Positions 1 to 8,508 of a DNA stretch of 64,000 bases are shown here, one piece after another (positions within the stretch are counted from its first letter, which is position 1; every line of letters begins with the position of its first letter). Both the position numbers and the translations under genes were made by a program. The notes under the pieces were generated by a model. That model ran no database searches, was not told the DNA's origin, and saw only the letters and a program-made list of their open reading frames with translations. Location: the sequence record OX638288. One strand, 5' to 3'. The DNA comes from Escherichia phage UP19.

Positions 1-26
1 CCGTGAATACGCTAAAGAGGTTCAAA

Positions 27-380
27 ATGGAACGGCCTAGTCTTTCATCGCATGTTTATCAATTGGCTGAATATGATATTGCTATTTCCTTATTCACGGG
101 AATTGTCACAGGTATGCTCGGCGGTCTGGTTGGTCTGGTAATGACCACAGTTATGGCTGCAATCGAAGGAGTCATGCCTATTGAGATGGGTTTCTATATG
201 ATAATCGCTCCGGCTGTCGTGGCTTATTTTATCCCTCTTGTGTATGATATTTGCCATACAAATGCTTTGAATGCTCCCATCCGTAAGAGATATGCTTTAG
301 AGATGGCTAATTATAATGAGTATGTAAAACAAACCAAACGTAATGACCTTGAAACCTTTATTAAGGAATGTAAATCATGA
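27..380 (+). CDS. hypothetical membrane protein (117 aa); start uncertain, may be truncated at window edge
   Basis: ORF track 3..380 (GTG alt start); ATG at 27 after AGAGG; hydrophobic segments; C-terminus resembles that of ORF 4458..5045. Confidence 0.45.
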   Translation: MERPSLSSHVYQLAEYDIAISLFTGIVTGMLGGLVGLVMTTVMAAIEGVMPIEMGFYMIIAPAVVAYFIPLVYDICHTNALNAPIRKRYALEMANYNEYVKQTKRNDLETFIKECKS

Positions 381-667
381 ATAAAATTGAAATTGAAATC
401 CCTGAATACAACGACGAGAAATCTGCAGAAAAAGCTATCTATGCTCTTCTGAATAAAGTAGATACCATCGAACATGAATGTGAAGCTATTGCTGATAAGT
501 ACGGTATTCAATTCGGAACAGGTGATTATGGCTCAGGACGTACATACTACCCTGTTGGTTATGAATGCTCCCAGTGGTTTAAAGATGAAATTGAAAACAA
601 TGGTGGTGAAGTTGAAAATGGCGTCGTTACAGTTGGTGCCTGGATCTCCTCTTCAGCATTATGCTAA
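377..667 (+). CDS. small protein, member 1 of tandem W-x-SSS-x-x-C family (96 aa)
   Basis: ORF track; ATGA overlap with upstream stop; C-terminus AWISSSALC. Confidence 0.6.
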   Translation: MNKIEIEIPEYNDEKSAEKAIYALLNKVDTIEHECEAIADKYGIQFGTGDYGSGRTYYPVGYECSQWFKDEIENNGGEVENGVVTVGAWISSSALC

Positions 668-676
668 GGAAACGCT

Positions 677-958
677 ATGATGAATGATAATCATAACCAC
701 CCAGAGCTTCTGGCCGCAGTAAAAGAAATTCATGAAGCTATTCGTCGTGCCGAGGAAATTGCAGACAAATATGAGACTCATTTTAATATATACCCTGCTC
801 GCGGTATGGGCGGTGACTATTATTCTCCTGGCGCCCTGAAAGCTGACCTAGCCCACTGGGAAGAAGATGGTCATCCTGAATGGGCTATTGTTAATACTCA
901 TGACTATACAACTGACCTGGAAAATGGTGGTTGGGTGTCCTCTTCTTCTGAATGTTAA
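677..958 (+). CDS. small protein, member 2 of tandem W-x-SSS-x-x-C family (93 aa)
   Basis: ORF track; TAAGG stop/SD overlap 9 nt upstream; C-terminus GWVSSSSEC. Confidence 0.6.
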   Translation: MMNDNHNHPELLAAVKEIHEAIRRAEEIADKYETHFNIYPARGMGGDYYSPGALKADLAHWEEDGHPEWAIVNTHDYTTDLENGGWVSSSSEC

Positions 959-967
959 GGAAATATT

Positions 968-1165
968 ATGTCTCGTGAATTAGATTGTGCAATCCGTACT
1001 GCCGCCGCGGCTATTGAAAACGTTATCCAGATTTGCAAAGAAGAACGTGAAGAAGCTGATATCTATATCGATGGTGTTCGTGACCTGGAACGACATATCA
1101 CGCTTTACAATGGTTGTATTACAATTAGTGGTACCTCTTGGGTGTCCTCCTCTTACGAATGCTAA
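968..1165 (+). CDS. small protein, member 3 of tandem W-x-SSS-x-x-C family (65 aa)
   Basis: ORF track; TAAGG SD; C-terminus SWVSSSYEC. Confidence 0.6.
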   Translation: MSRELDCAIRTAAAAIENVIQICKEEREEADIYIDGVRDLERHITLYNGCITISGTSWVSSSYEC

Positions 1166-1174
1166 GGTAATAAA

Positions 1175-1387
1175 ATGACTATTGATGAAATTGAAAAACA
1201 AATCCGTGAATTAGTACGTAAAGGCCAGTCCGTGGCTGATGAAACAGGTGAAGAGTTCCATGTTTCCGGTCGTGGACAATACATTTCTCCAAAGAATCCG
1301 GAATATGATGATTACGAATGGGCCCGTGATGATTACGGTATCCCAGATGGTGAAGGTTTCTGGTTTACATCCTCTATGTCTTGCTAA
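1175..1387 (+). CDS. small protein, member 4 of tandem family (70 aa)
   Basis: ORF track; TAAGG SD; C-terminus FWFTSSMSC. Confidence 0.6.
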   Translation: MTIDEIEKQIRELVRKGQSVADETGEEFHVSGRGQYISPKNPEYDDYEWARDDYGIPDGEGFWFTSSMSC

Positions 1388-1396
1388 GGTGATAAA

Positions 1397-1621
1397 ATGT
1401 CTGATATTAATGAATTAGAAAAAGCTGCTCTTGAACTGGCTGCATTGTATAAGAAAGTAAAAGATATGGCTTCTGCTCAAAGTTTTGGTGTTGAGTTAGA
1501 CGATTACGATGGTGAAGTTCGTCTTGAAGATTGGTTGAATAGCTCTTGTTACGGCGAAGAAGCTGGTCGCACCTTCGTTGCTCGTTCCGATGGTAAAATC
1601 TGGTACCCGAGCTCATGCTAA
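1397..1621 (+). CDS. small protein, member 5 of tandem family (74 aa)
   Basis: ORF track; TAAGG SD; C-terminus IWYPSSC. Confidence 0.6.
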   Translation: MSDINELEKAALELAALYKKVKDMASAQSFGVELDDYDGEVRLEDWLNSSCYGEEAGRTFVARSDGKIWYPSSC

Positions 1622-1842
1622 AATTAAAGAAAAGATACATTCGTAAAATAAACGGTCTTCGCGATTATGCCAAAGGTTGGCCATTAAGTATTATTATGGC
1701 TGATAGACACCCACGTTATAATACTGAGATGACCTATTATAAAAAGTATGATTCATATTGTCGGTCTAAAGCAGGTCGTTTAGATGGTTCTTATGAAGAA
1801 TATTTTGGCAAAAAACCTACTCGTATTTCGTTAGGAAAATAA
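1615..1842 (+). CDS. hypothetical protein (75 aa), start uncertain
   Basis: ORF track; no clear SD. Confidence 0.4.
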   Translation: MLKLKKRYIRKINGLRDYAKGWPLSIIMADRHPRYNTEMTYYKKYDSYCRSKAGRLDGSYEEYFGKKPTRISLGK

Positions 1843-1872
1843 TTTAGCCACATGGACGTGGTAGGAGGACTT

Positions 1873-2202
1873 ATGCACAAAGATTCAGTATTCAAATATC
1901 TTTTGAAAACAGATAAAGAATTCTATATGAATGGGCAAGCTTTCTTGTTCGTTCGTGGTAAACGTGAGATGTTTTATAAATGCGACCTCTCAATGCACCA
2001 TCACATGTATCATACTCATGGTGAGCCTATACTAGGGTTCTCTGGTGACGAGACTAGACGCATAGCTATGTATTATGACCATTTTAAGCTCAATGACTGT
2101 GGTGACAACGCTTTGGTCTGGAATCCATCTTGGCGTCGTTGGGATACGGTAGACAACGATAAATTATTTTTAGAATATTGCAGAAGTGATGTACAACTCT
2201 AA
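1873..2202 (+). CDS. hypothetical protein (109 aa)
   Basis: ORF track 1852..2202 trimmed to ATG after AGGAGGA. Confidence 0.5.
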   Translation: MHKDSVFKYLLKTDKEFYMNGQAFLFVRGKREMFYKCDLSMHHHMYHTHGEPILGFSGDETRRIAMYYDHFKLNDCGDNALVWNPSWRRWDTVDNDKLFLEYCRSDVQL

Positions 2203-2245
2203 AAACTTGTGTTACTATTACCTTACACAAACATGAGGAGAACAT

Positions 2246-2485
2246 ATGTGGTATTACTCTCCATTGTCTGATAAGTCTGATGAGCCGGTACGAATTACTC
2301 GTGCCAAGTTTAAAAAGATTTATGGTTTTGCCTATAAGAAGTCTGATTATGGTGTTCGTTTTGAAGATGCTCACTGTATCAATGACCCTTATACAGAAGA
2401 AATCTCTAATGAGATAATTCCTATCATTAAGAATAATTCTGATGATATGTGGGAATTGCATAACGATTACGTTGCTGAAATTTAA
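2246..2485 (+). CDS. hypothetical protein (79 aa)
   Basis: ORF track; GAGGAGAA SD upstream. Confidence 0.5.
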   Translation: MWYYSPLSDKSDEPVRITRAKFKKIYGFAYKKSDYGVRFEDAHCINDPYTEEISNEIIPIIKNNSDDMWELHNDYVAEI

Positions 2486-2506
2486 GTTTACTCTGAGGAA
2501 AATATT

Positions 2507-3466
2507 ATGATGCTAGTTATTGGTTCTCGTGCACTGCACCATGCAGGTCTGATTGAAAGTAAGTATATAGAAAATTCTGATTGGGATTTCATTGCCGACC
2601 AAGGCTCGTGGAATCAATTTAAAGCCCGGATGTTCGGTGCTCACGTTCCTGTGGATAATCCAGATGTCCAGGCTTTTAAATGCATGTACAATGGTAAAGA
2701 AACCTATTTTGAAGCTTATATCGTTCGTGCTCTGACTAACGTACGAGAAATTACCGGTGAGCTTCAAGACGAAGATTTCACTTCAAGCTATCGTCTCCTG
2801 AAATATGCTGAAACCCATATTCAAAAGGACCGTCTTACTGGTTTCTATTGGGCAACCCCTGATATCTGTCTGGCTATCAAAATGAGCCATCGTTATTTGA
2901 AGAACAACCCGTTCTTTTTGAAGACGATGTCCCACATCAAATATCTTCGTAATAAAGGTGTAACCTTGAATGAAGAGCTCCAAGAAATCATGTTGCAACG
3001 TCAGAAAGAAACGTTGAGCTATTCTCATCCTAAATTGGATGTAAACAAATCATCATTCTTTAATGATACCATTTATACGCTAGACCATGACTCTATCCAC
3101 GAAGCTGTGGCATTGGCTGGACGCCCTGCATATACCTTTTATATGAAGGAAGGTTCTGAAGTCATGACCTCACGTGAGAAGTTTGAAGCTTTGCCTGAAG
3201 CTATTAAACTGGCTGGCGTATATGAAGAAACTTGTGTGTTGGCCCTAGAACGTTCACAGGTTCCTAACAACTTTAATATTTCACCGTCATTAAGTTTCTA
3301 TATGGCTCTTGAGAAAGTGTGTACCTCAATCACTTCAGGCTGGTTCCGTGAGTATGCCTGGGAAAACTACCAAGCTGTAGTGAATATGTATAAGACCCTA
3401 GGTGAAAATGACTACATCAAGCGGTTCCAAGATAACCATCATTTAATTCGTCCTTTCGAAAAATAA
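2507..3466 (+). CDS. hypothetical protein (319 aa) with possible Pol-beta-type nucleotidyltransferase motif
   Basis: ORF track; GAGGAAA SD; N-terminal VIGSRAL...NSDWDF resembles the GS...DxD nucleotidyltransferase signature (weak). Confidence 0.6.
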   Translation: MMLVIGSRALHHAGLIESKYIENSDWDFIADQGSWNQFKARMFGAHVPVDNPDVQAFKCMYNGKETYFEAYIVRALTNVREITGELQDEDFTSSYRLLKYAETHIQKDRLTGFYWATPDICLAIKMSHRYLKNNPFFLKTMSHIKYLRNKGVTLNEELQEIMLQRQKETLSYSHPKLDVNKSSFFNDTIYTLDHDSIHEAVALAGRPAYTFYMKEGSEVMTSREKFEALPEAIKLAGVYEETCVLALERSQVPNNFNISPSLSFYMALEKVCTSITSGWFREYAWENYQAVVNMYKTLGENDYIKRFQDNHHLIRPFEK

Positions 3467-3478
3467 TTGCATAAAACA

Positions 3479-3507
3479 GTATACAAGGTCTATAGGTGTG
3501 ATACTAT
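3479..3507 (+). promoter_or_regulatory. T4-type early promoter-like cassette (GTATAC -35, 17-nt spacer, TACTAT -10)
   Basis: matches the recurring GTTTAC/TAcTAT cassette; followed by 'tatagacctatcaa' leader. Confidence 0.5.
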
Positions 3508-3544
3508 AGACCTATCAAAACAACAGAGTGAAATGGAGAATAAA

Positions 3545-3757
3545 ATGAAACTTTCTAACCAAGCAATCAACATGTTAAACGAAGTTCGTGCAGCTGGTGC
3601 TAAATGTCTGATGGTTAACACTCGTGACGGTGACCTTCGTCAAGCATTTGGTGAATTGAAATCTGCTGACCTGGTTAAATGTTCAGTTGGTATCGGTAAC
3701 GCACTTCGTGTATCCTTATCCCCTAAAGGTAAAATGTACTTTTTCAACAAAAAGTAA
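3545..3757 (+). CDS. hypothetical protein (70 aa)
   Basis: ORF track 3467..3757 (TTG alt start) trimmed to ATG after GGAGA; in-frame ATG at 3533 also possible. Confidence 0.5.
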   Translation: MKLSNQAINMLNEVRAAGAKCLMVNTRDGDLRQAFGELKSADLVKCSVGIGNALRVSLSPKGKMYFFNKK

Positions 3758-3771
3758 TTGAGGAAAATATT

Positions 3772-4458
3772 ATGAACAGCCCGAAAACTTTTAATTCCAA
3801 AGCTCGTGCAGTGGGTAGTTTTGCCGGTAAAATTTCTAACGATAAAATCAAAAACGAAACTATGTTCTTCAACAGCTCATTGGCTTTCGCTTTTGATAAT
3901 GGTGGCCCTATTACTCGCAGCTTCATCATGAACCTGCCGGATGATTGGAACACTGACCAGGTTGTATTTGATTCTCGAGTTCATATGCTTATGCCTGGTT
4001 GGTATCCTGCTATCCCAGGTTATCACCATGATGATGTACCACGCCCGGATATTCCGGTTGGTCAACACTTTATTACCGCAGGGCAACCTGATTATGATAA
4101 TCCTCGATACCATTCTGAACATATTCTTGGTCTTGTTAACGCTGATGTGTGTCCTACTTATTTTGCAACCGGAACTGCACAATTTAGCCAGATTCCTGAA
4201 GGCGAACTTATCTATCGCCAGTGGCATAAAGAAGTTCTGGAAAAAATTGAGTCCAATGAATTAACCAAGTGGGATGCTCCTGACCGCACATTGCTCCAGT
4301 TTGATTGGCAGACGTGGCATACTGGTTCTCGTGCAGTAAGTAATGGCTGGCGCTGGTTTGGTCGTGTGTCCCGTAATACCGACCGTGTTAAAAAGATTAC
4401 AAATGAAATCCGCGTTAATGCTCAAGTATATCTGGAATTCCCTATGGAGGGCTGGTAA
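3772..4458 (+). CDS. hypothetical protein (228 aa)
   Basis: ORF track; GAGGAAA SD. Confidence 0.6.
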   Translation: MNSPKTFNSKARAVGSFAGKISNDKIKNETMFFNSSLAFAFDNGGPITRSFIMNLPDDWNTDQVVFDSRVHMLMPGWYPAIPGYHHDDVPRPDIPVGQHFITAGQPDYDNPRYHSEHILGLVNADVCPTYFATGTAQFSQIPEGELIYRQWHKEVLEKIESNELTKWDAPDRTLLQFDWQTWHTGSRAVSNGWRWFGRVSRNTDRVKKITNEIRVNAQVYLEFPMEGW

Positions 4459-5045
4459 TGGCCCTTTATGAACCTGGTTGCATGGGTGTTGATGTAAACT
4501 TCATCCGTCGGTCAGAAAATGCCGGAATCATTATCCCAAGTGGTGAACATATGATTATTAAAAAGTCCTGGCGAAATATTGATGATGGGGATGAAGGAAT
4601 TTCAGCCAGTACAATAGATTGGTCAGGTTGTACTGCTGAAATGAAACAACTTTTAATTGAGGAATATAAAATGGGCTATATCGTAAATGGTTGGCAACCA
4701 GAACCCCATAAAGAACAGACACCAGACCCATTGATTTGTTATAGCAAAAAATACGGCTTTCGTACATGGAGTGATGAATACGACAAATTAGTGAGTTCTA
4801 GGTTCTATGTTTGGATGGGGATATTATTTTTCCCACTCCTAGGGTTTTTCCTGACAACGGATAATGACTTACCTATTAGTGTGTTTGCTTCAGCGATGTC
4901 GGCGGCAATCTTAGGGCTTATTGCATCATTTTTATGGACTGCAGTTATTGAAGTACCTTTTCGTATTTCTAAAGTTAAAAAGGTGTATGACGATATCACT
5001 AAGAAAAATGCATTAAACTCTTTTATTGAGGAATGCCGTAAATGA
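4458..5045 (+). CDS. hypothetical membrane protein (195 aa)
   Basis: ORF track; TAATG overlap; C-terminal hydrophobic segments. Confidence 0.6.
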   Translation: MALYEPGCMGVDVNFIRRSENAGIIIPSGEHMIIKKSWRNIDDGDEGISASTIDWSGCTAEMKQLLIEEYKMGYIVNGWQPEPHKEQTPDPLICYSKKYGFRTWSDEYDKLVSSRFYVWMGILFFPLLGFFLTTDNDLPISVFASAMSAAILGLIASFLWTAVIEVPFRISKVKKVYDDITKKNALNSFIEECRK

Positions 5046-5278
5046 GTATTGCGATTTATATTAAATCCGAGTCATGCGATTCTTATCTGTATTCCTATGA
5101 CACCGGAACATCAGAAGAGAAAATCAAAGAAGATTTAGAAACCGACTTGGATATGTTCCGTCCTATTTCTGACTATATGGTCCAAGTGTCTGATAGTGAA
5201 AGCCCGTCATTAGAAAATAGACTTGAATTTTTAATGAGCGATATTTTTAACCAATCATGGAAACGTGATGATGAGTAA
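5042..5278 (+). CDS. hypothetical acidic protein (78 aa)
   Basis: ORF track; overlapping start with upstream stop. Confidence 0.5.
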   Translation: MSIAIYIKSESCDSYLYSYDTGTSEEKIKEDLETDLDMFRPISDYMVQVSDSESPSLENRLEFLMSDIFNQSWKRDDE

Positions 5279-5720
5279 GAAAGTTAAAGAACTATCAGCC
5301 GGTATTTTGTTCATGACTGTCGATAAAGAATTGGTTATGGGTCGTGTAACAGGTTCTCGTAATCCAGAGAATATGCGTCATAAATGGGACATTCCTAAAG
5401 GCCATGTCGAACCAGGTGAAGAGCCTATTCAAGCTGCTATGCGTGAAACCGAAGAAGAGATTGGATTCACTGCATATGACCCTGCGTTCCTGAAAGACCT
5501 AGGTGAGTTCAAATATTCTAGCAATAAGAATCTACATCTGTTCTTATATACTGTGCCTGTCGAACACGAGCAGTTCAAGGATTGCAAATGTACCGCTTAT
5601 CATACGTTCCCTGACGGCCGTACGATTCCTGAATTCGATGCCTTTGCCTTGATTAAACGTCCGCAATGGGAATATGTCATGGGCCCGTCGATGTTTAAGG
5701 TTTTAGATTCGCTCTTTTGA
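5265..5720 (+). CDS. nudE: Nudix hydrolase (NudE/e.1-like)
   Basis: Nudix box GHVEPGEEPIQAAMRETEEEIGF; located immediately upstream of e as in T4. Confidence 0.75.
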   Translation: MMMSKKVKELSAGILFMTVDKELVMGRVTGSRNPENMRHKWDIPKGHVEPGEEPIQAAMRETEEEIGFTAYDPAFLKDLGEFKYSSNKNLHLFLYTVPVEHEQFKDCKCTAYHTFPDGRTIPEFDAFALIKRPQWEYVMGPSMFKVLDSLF

Positions 5721-5748
5721 TATAAATACCTCCTATAATCAGGAGGTA
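5721..5748 (+). promoter_or_regulatory. late promoter TATAAATA (5721-5728) plus hairpin 5727-5748 sequestering the e RBS
   Basis: exact TATAAATA; arms TACCTCCT and AGGAGGTA are reverse complements; same arrangement described for T4 gene e. Confidence 0.6.
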
Positions 5749-5750
5749 TT

Positions 5751-6245
5751 ATGGATATTTTTGATATGTTACGTCAAGACGAAGGTCTTGATTTAAATCT
5801 TTATAAAGACACTGAAGGTTATTGGACTATTGGTATTGGCCAGTTAGTTACCAAGAACCCATCTAAAGATGTTGCTCGTGCCGAACTTGACAAACTTATG
5901 GGTCGGGTTTGCAATGGACGTATTACTATGGCTGAAGCTGAACAACTCTTTAACCGTTCAGTGGAAAATGCTCGTAGAGCTATAATGCGTAATCCTAAAT
6001 TGAAACCGGTTTATGATGTGCTGGACGAAGTTCGTCGTTGCGCGCTGATTAATATGGTCTTTCAAATGGGTGAAGCTGGTGTCGCTGGATTTACCAACTC
6101 TCTGCGTATGCTCCAGCAGAAACGTTGGGATGATGCCGCAGTTAACCTGGTGCAGTCCCGTTGGTATAAGCAGACTCCGAATCGCGCTAAGCGAGTTATC
6201 TCTACATTTAAAACAGGAACTTGGAAAGCATATGAAAACCTATAA
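5751..6245 (+). CDS. e: lysozyme (endolysin), T4 e-type, 164 aa
   Basis: protein [13 protein letters not shown]...[10 protein letters not shown] closely matches T4 lysozyme as recalled. Confidence 0.95.
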   Translation: MDIFDMLRQDEGLDLNLYKDTEGYWTIGIGQLVTKNPSKDVARAELDKLMGRVCNGRITMAEAEQLFNRSVENARRAIMRNPKLKPVYDVLDEVRRCALINMVFQMGEAGVAGFTNSLRMLQQKRWDDAAVNLVQSRWYKQTPNRAKRVISTFKTGTWKAYENL

Positions 6246-6501
6246 AGAATTTTTGGCCGAATCTCAACTGAACGAAAACACTGACCTAGACCGTATGACA
6301 TTCCTGGCTAAGAAAGGCGGCTTCGAATTTAAAGCCATTAAGAAAGTAAATGGGTATTCTTTTGAAGTCGGTGAATATACCTTTGGTAACAAGGGTGATG
6401 GCCAGTGGCAAATTGTTAAAAACGGCAAAGAAGTAGACTACCTTTTCGGTAAGAAACTTAGTGACATTGCTAAAATAATGGGCGAATATTCTAAAAAATA
6501 G
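6232..6501 (+). CDS. internal-protein-like, N-terminal capsid targeting sequence [10 protein letters not shown] (89 aa)
   Basis: ORF track 6070..6501 trimmed to ATG overlapping e stop; N-terminus matches T4 IP capsid-targeting consensus MKTYQEFIAE. Confidence 0.7.
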   Translation: MKTYKEFLAESQLNENTDLDRMTFLAKKGGFEFKAIKKVNGYSFEVGEYTFGNKGDGQWQIVKNGKEVDYLFGKKLSDIAKIMGEYSKK

Positions 6502-6529
6502 TTTACATCTCCTGTATGCATGATATTAT
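6501..6529 (+). promoter_or_regulatory. T4-type early promoter (GTTTAC 6501-6506, TATTAT 6524-6529) inside inverted repeat CTCCTGTA/TACAGGAG
   Basis: sequence read; inverted repeat 6509-6516 and 6542-6549 pairs the promoter region with the denV SD. Confidence 0.6.
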
Positions 6530-6557
6530 AGACCTATCAATTACAGGAGATTACAAA

Positions 6558-6974
6558 ATGACTCGTATCAACCTTACCTTAGTATCTGAATTGGCTGACC
6601 AACACTTAATGGCTGAATACCGTGAATTACCACGTGTTTTCGGTGCAGTTCGTAAGCATGTTGCTAACGGTAAACGTGTTCGTGATTTTAAAATCAGCCC
6701 TACTTTTATCCTTGGTACAGGCCATGTTACATTCTTTTATGATAAGCTTGAATTTTTACGTAAGCGACAAATTGAGCTTATAGCCGAATGTTTAAAACGT
6801 GGATTCAATATCAAGGATACTACTGTCCAAGACATTTCCGATATTCCACAGGAATTCCGTGGTGATTATATTCCTCACGAAGCTTCTATCGCTATTTCAC
6901 AAGCCCGTTTGGATGAAAAAATTGCACAGCGTCCTACCTGGTACAAATATTATGGTAAGGCTATTTACGCTTAA
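6558..6974 (+). CDS. denV: endonuclease V (pyrimidine dimer DNA glycosylase), 138 aa
   Basis: protein [31 protein letters not shown]... appears near-identical to T4 DenV as recalled. Confidence 0.95.
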   Translation: MTRINLTLVSELADQHLMAEYRELPRVFGAVRKHVANGKRVRDFKISPTFILGTGHVTFFYDKLEFLRKRQIELIAECLKRGFNIKDTTVQDISDIPQEFRGDYIPHEASIAISQARLDEKIAQRPTWYKYYGKAIYA

Positions 6975-7016
6975 TTAAATCCGTGATAGAATACTTCTAT
7001 CAACTTAAGGAATAAT

Positions 7017-7316
7017 ATGAAAACTTATCAAGAATTTATTACAGAAGCCAAAGCTCCTAAAGCATTCCAAATAGGTGTCCAAGGCACCTTAGACCAAGAA
7101 TATGTTGATGCTATTGTAGCAAGCCTCGGTAAACAGGGCGTACAAGTGGATTTGGTTGATTTTACTAAAGGTAATACTTTTAATATTGTTACATCTAAAG
7201 GCTCTTTAGCTAAAGTTAAAAAGGCCTTTGGTGTAGCCCAAGCATACGAAATCGACCACTCTGAATTAGAAAATAAAGGTCGCCAGAATACAATTAAAGG
7301 TTCTGGTTCTTTCTAA
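7017..7316 (+). CDS. internal-protein-like with capsid targeting sequence MKTYQEFITEA (99 aa)
   Basis: ORF track; N-terminus matches T4 internal-protein capsid-targeting sequence. Confidence 0.75.
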   Translation: MKTYQEFITEAKAPKAFQIGVQGTLDQEYVDAIVASLGKQGVQVDLVDFTKGNTFNIVTSKGSLAKVKKAFGVAQAYEIDHSELENKGRQNTIKGSGSF

Positions 7317-7476
7317 TAAAGGCAAGCCGACCCTCTCCTCATGAACGTCGCATCCTCTGAGTGATGGACCTTTCCCTACCTGTAATAAGGTCGAGCCCAA
7401 GTGCGGTAAAGGGTTTACATACGGATACATGGATGAATTATGTGCCAAGGAACGGCCCCACAACTAAGAGACCACT

Positions 7477-8004
7477 ATGAAATTTTTAACTCCCATTTAT
7501 CTAACCTTAATGCACGCCTTCGCTGAACGCGCCATTGAACGTTTAGACTCAGACCAATATACCTGGTACGAACCCACTTCAAGAATGCAAGAGTTTGGTA
7601 CTCTTCGACTTGACGGCGGGCGTCAAACAGGTAAAACAAGTGCCCTTGCCCAGTTCGCAGCTGATTGGGTTTCCAAGGGTAATGATGTGATTGTTATGTC
7701 AAGTTCTTCGCATCGCTCACGAGAAATCTGTAATATAATAAAAAGGGTTTCTAAGGCCCAACCACACCTTCAAGTAGAAGGTCCTGGGTTTGTTGTATAT
7801 GATACCATGCGTTCATTTTTAGACGAAGATAACTTCCATAAGTATCGTGGTCTATCAGTTACTCGATTATTGATTATTATCGAAGAGCCAATGCGCCTTC
7901 CATCGATGGATAAGTTCTATGAAGCTTACCAGGTAATGATTAACAAATTTATGTGCCAGGGTTCTAAACCTCTGCCACTGTTCTTTGTGATAGGAATGCA
8001 ATGA
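7477..8004 (+). CDS. P-loop NTPase-like protein (175 aa)
   Basis: Walker A GGRQTGKTS; Walker-B-like LLIIIEE. Confidence 0.55.
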   Translation: MKFLTPIYLTLMHAFAERAIERLDSDQYTWYEPTSRMQEFGTLRLDGGRQTGKTSALAQFAADWVSKGNDVIVMSSSSHRSREICNIIKRVSKAQPHLQVEGPGFVVYDTMRSFLDEDNFHKYRGLSVTRLLIIIEEPMRLPSMDKFYEAYQVMINKFMCQGSKPLPLFFVIGMQ

Positions 8005-8297
8005 TGACTGATGAAGAGCTTTTTGAGTTCTGCTATTTCTCACGTAAGGTTCGAAGAGAGGACCTTACTGCAAATTTCGAATATGCTTATTTCTATCCAT
8101 TAGAATATGTATTCATGACAGGGCCCTTTAAGGGCTCTCGTTTTAGATGTCATGCCCCAAGCATCCGATTAATGAAACAGGTTCCTTACTTCACTCTCGA
8201 GTTCATCTCAGGCCCGTGTAAGGGTATTATTACTCGCAGTCTCTTGACGTATGACCAAGAGATTCATATGATTTCTGACTGGAAAAAATATGTCTAA
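8001..8297 (+). CDS. hypothetical protein (98 aa)
   Basis: ORF track; ATGA overlap. Confidence 0.5.
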   Translation: MMTDEELFEFCYFSRKVRREDLTANFEYAYFYPLEYVFMTGPFKGSRFRCHAPSIRLMKQVPYFTLEFISGPCKGIITRSLLTYDQEIHMISDWKKYV

Positions 8298-8508
8298 ATT
8301 GACAATTGAAGGCTCTGATGCAGTCCTGAAAAGATTTGTTGAATGGTTTAATGGGCCGGGTGAACAAGACTTTCTGGAAGTCTGGAACGGTGGCCAGTGG
8401 AATGGTAAAGAAATAGTTTACCCGACTACTTATATCTCTGTATGTGGTGGGATCGACGGCCTTCGTTTGGTAGAATATGATATTGCAACAGGTGAGGAAG
8501 TGAAATGA
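8290..8508 (+). CDS. hypothetical protein (72 aa)
   Basis: ORF track. Confidence 0.5.
   Translation: MSKLTIEGSDAVLKRFVEWFNGPGEQDFLEVWNGGQWNGKEIVYPTTYISVCGGIDGLRLVEYDIATGEEVK

Noticed and set aside
6070-6231. N-terminal extension of the first internal-protein ORF overlapping lysozyme
   Set aside because: Overlaps the lysozyme gene; the capsid-targeting MKTYKEF start at 6232 is the biologically meaningful start.
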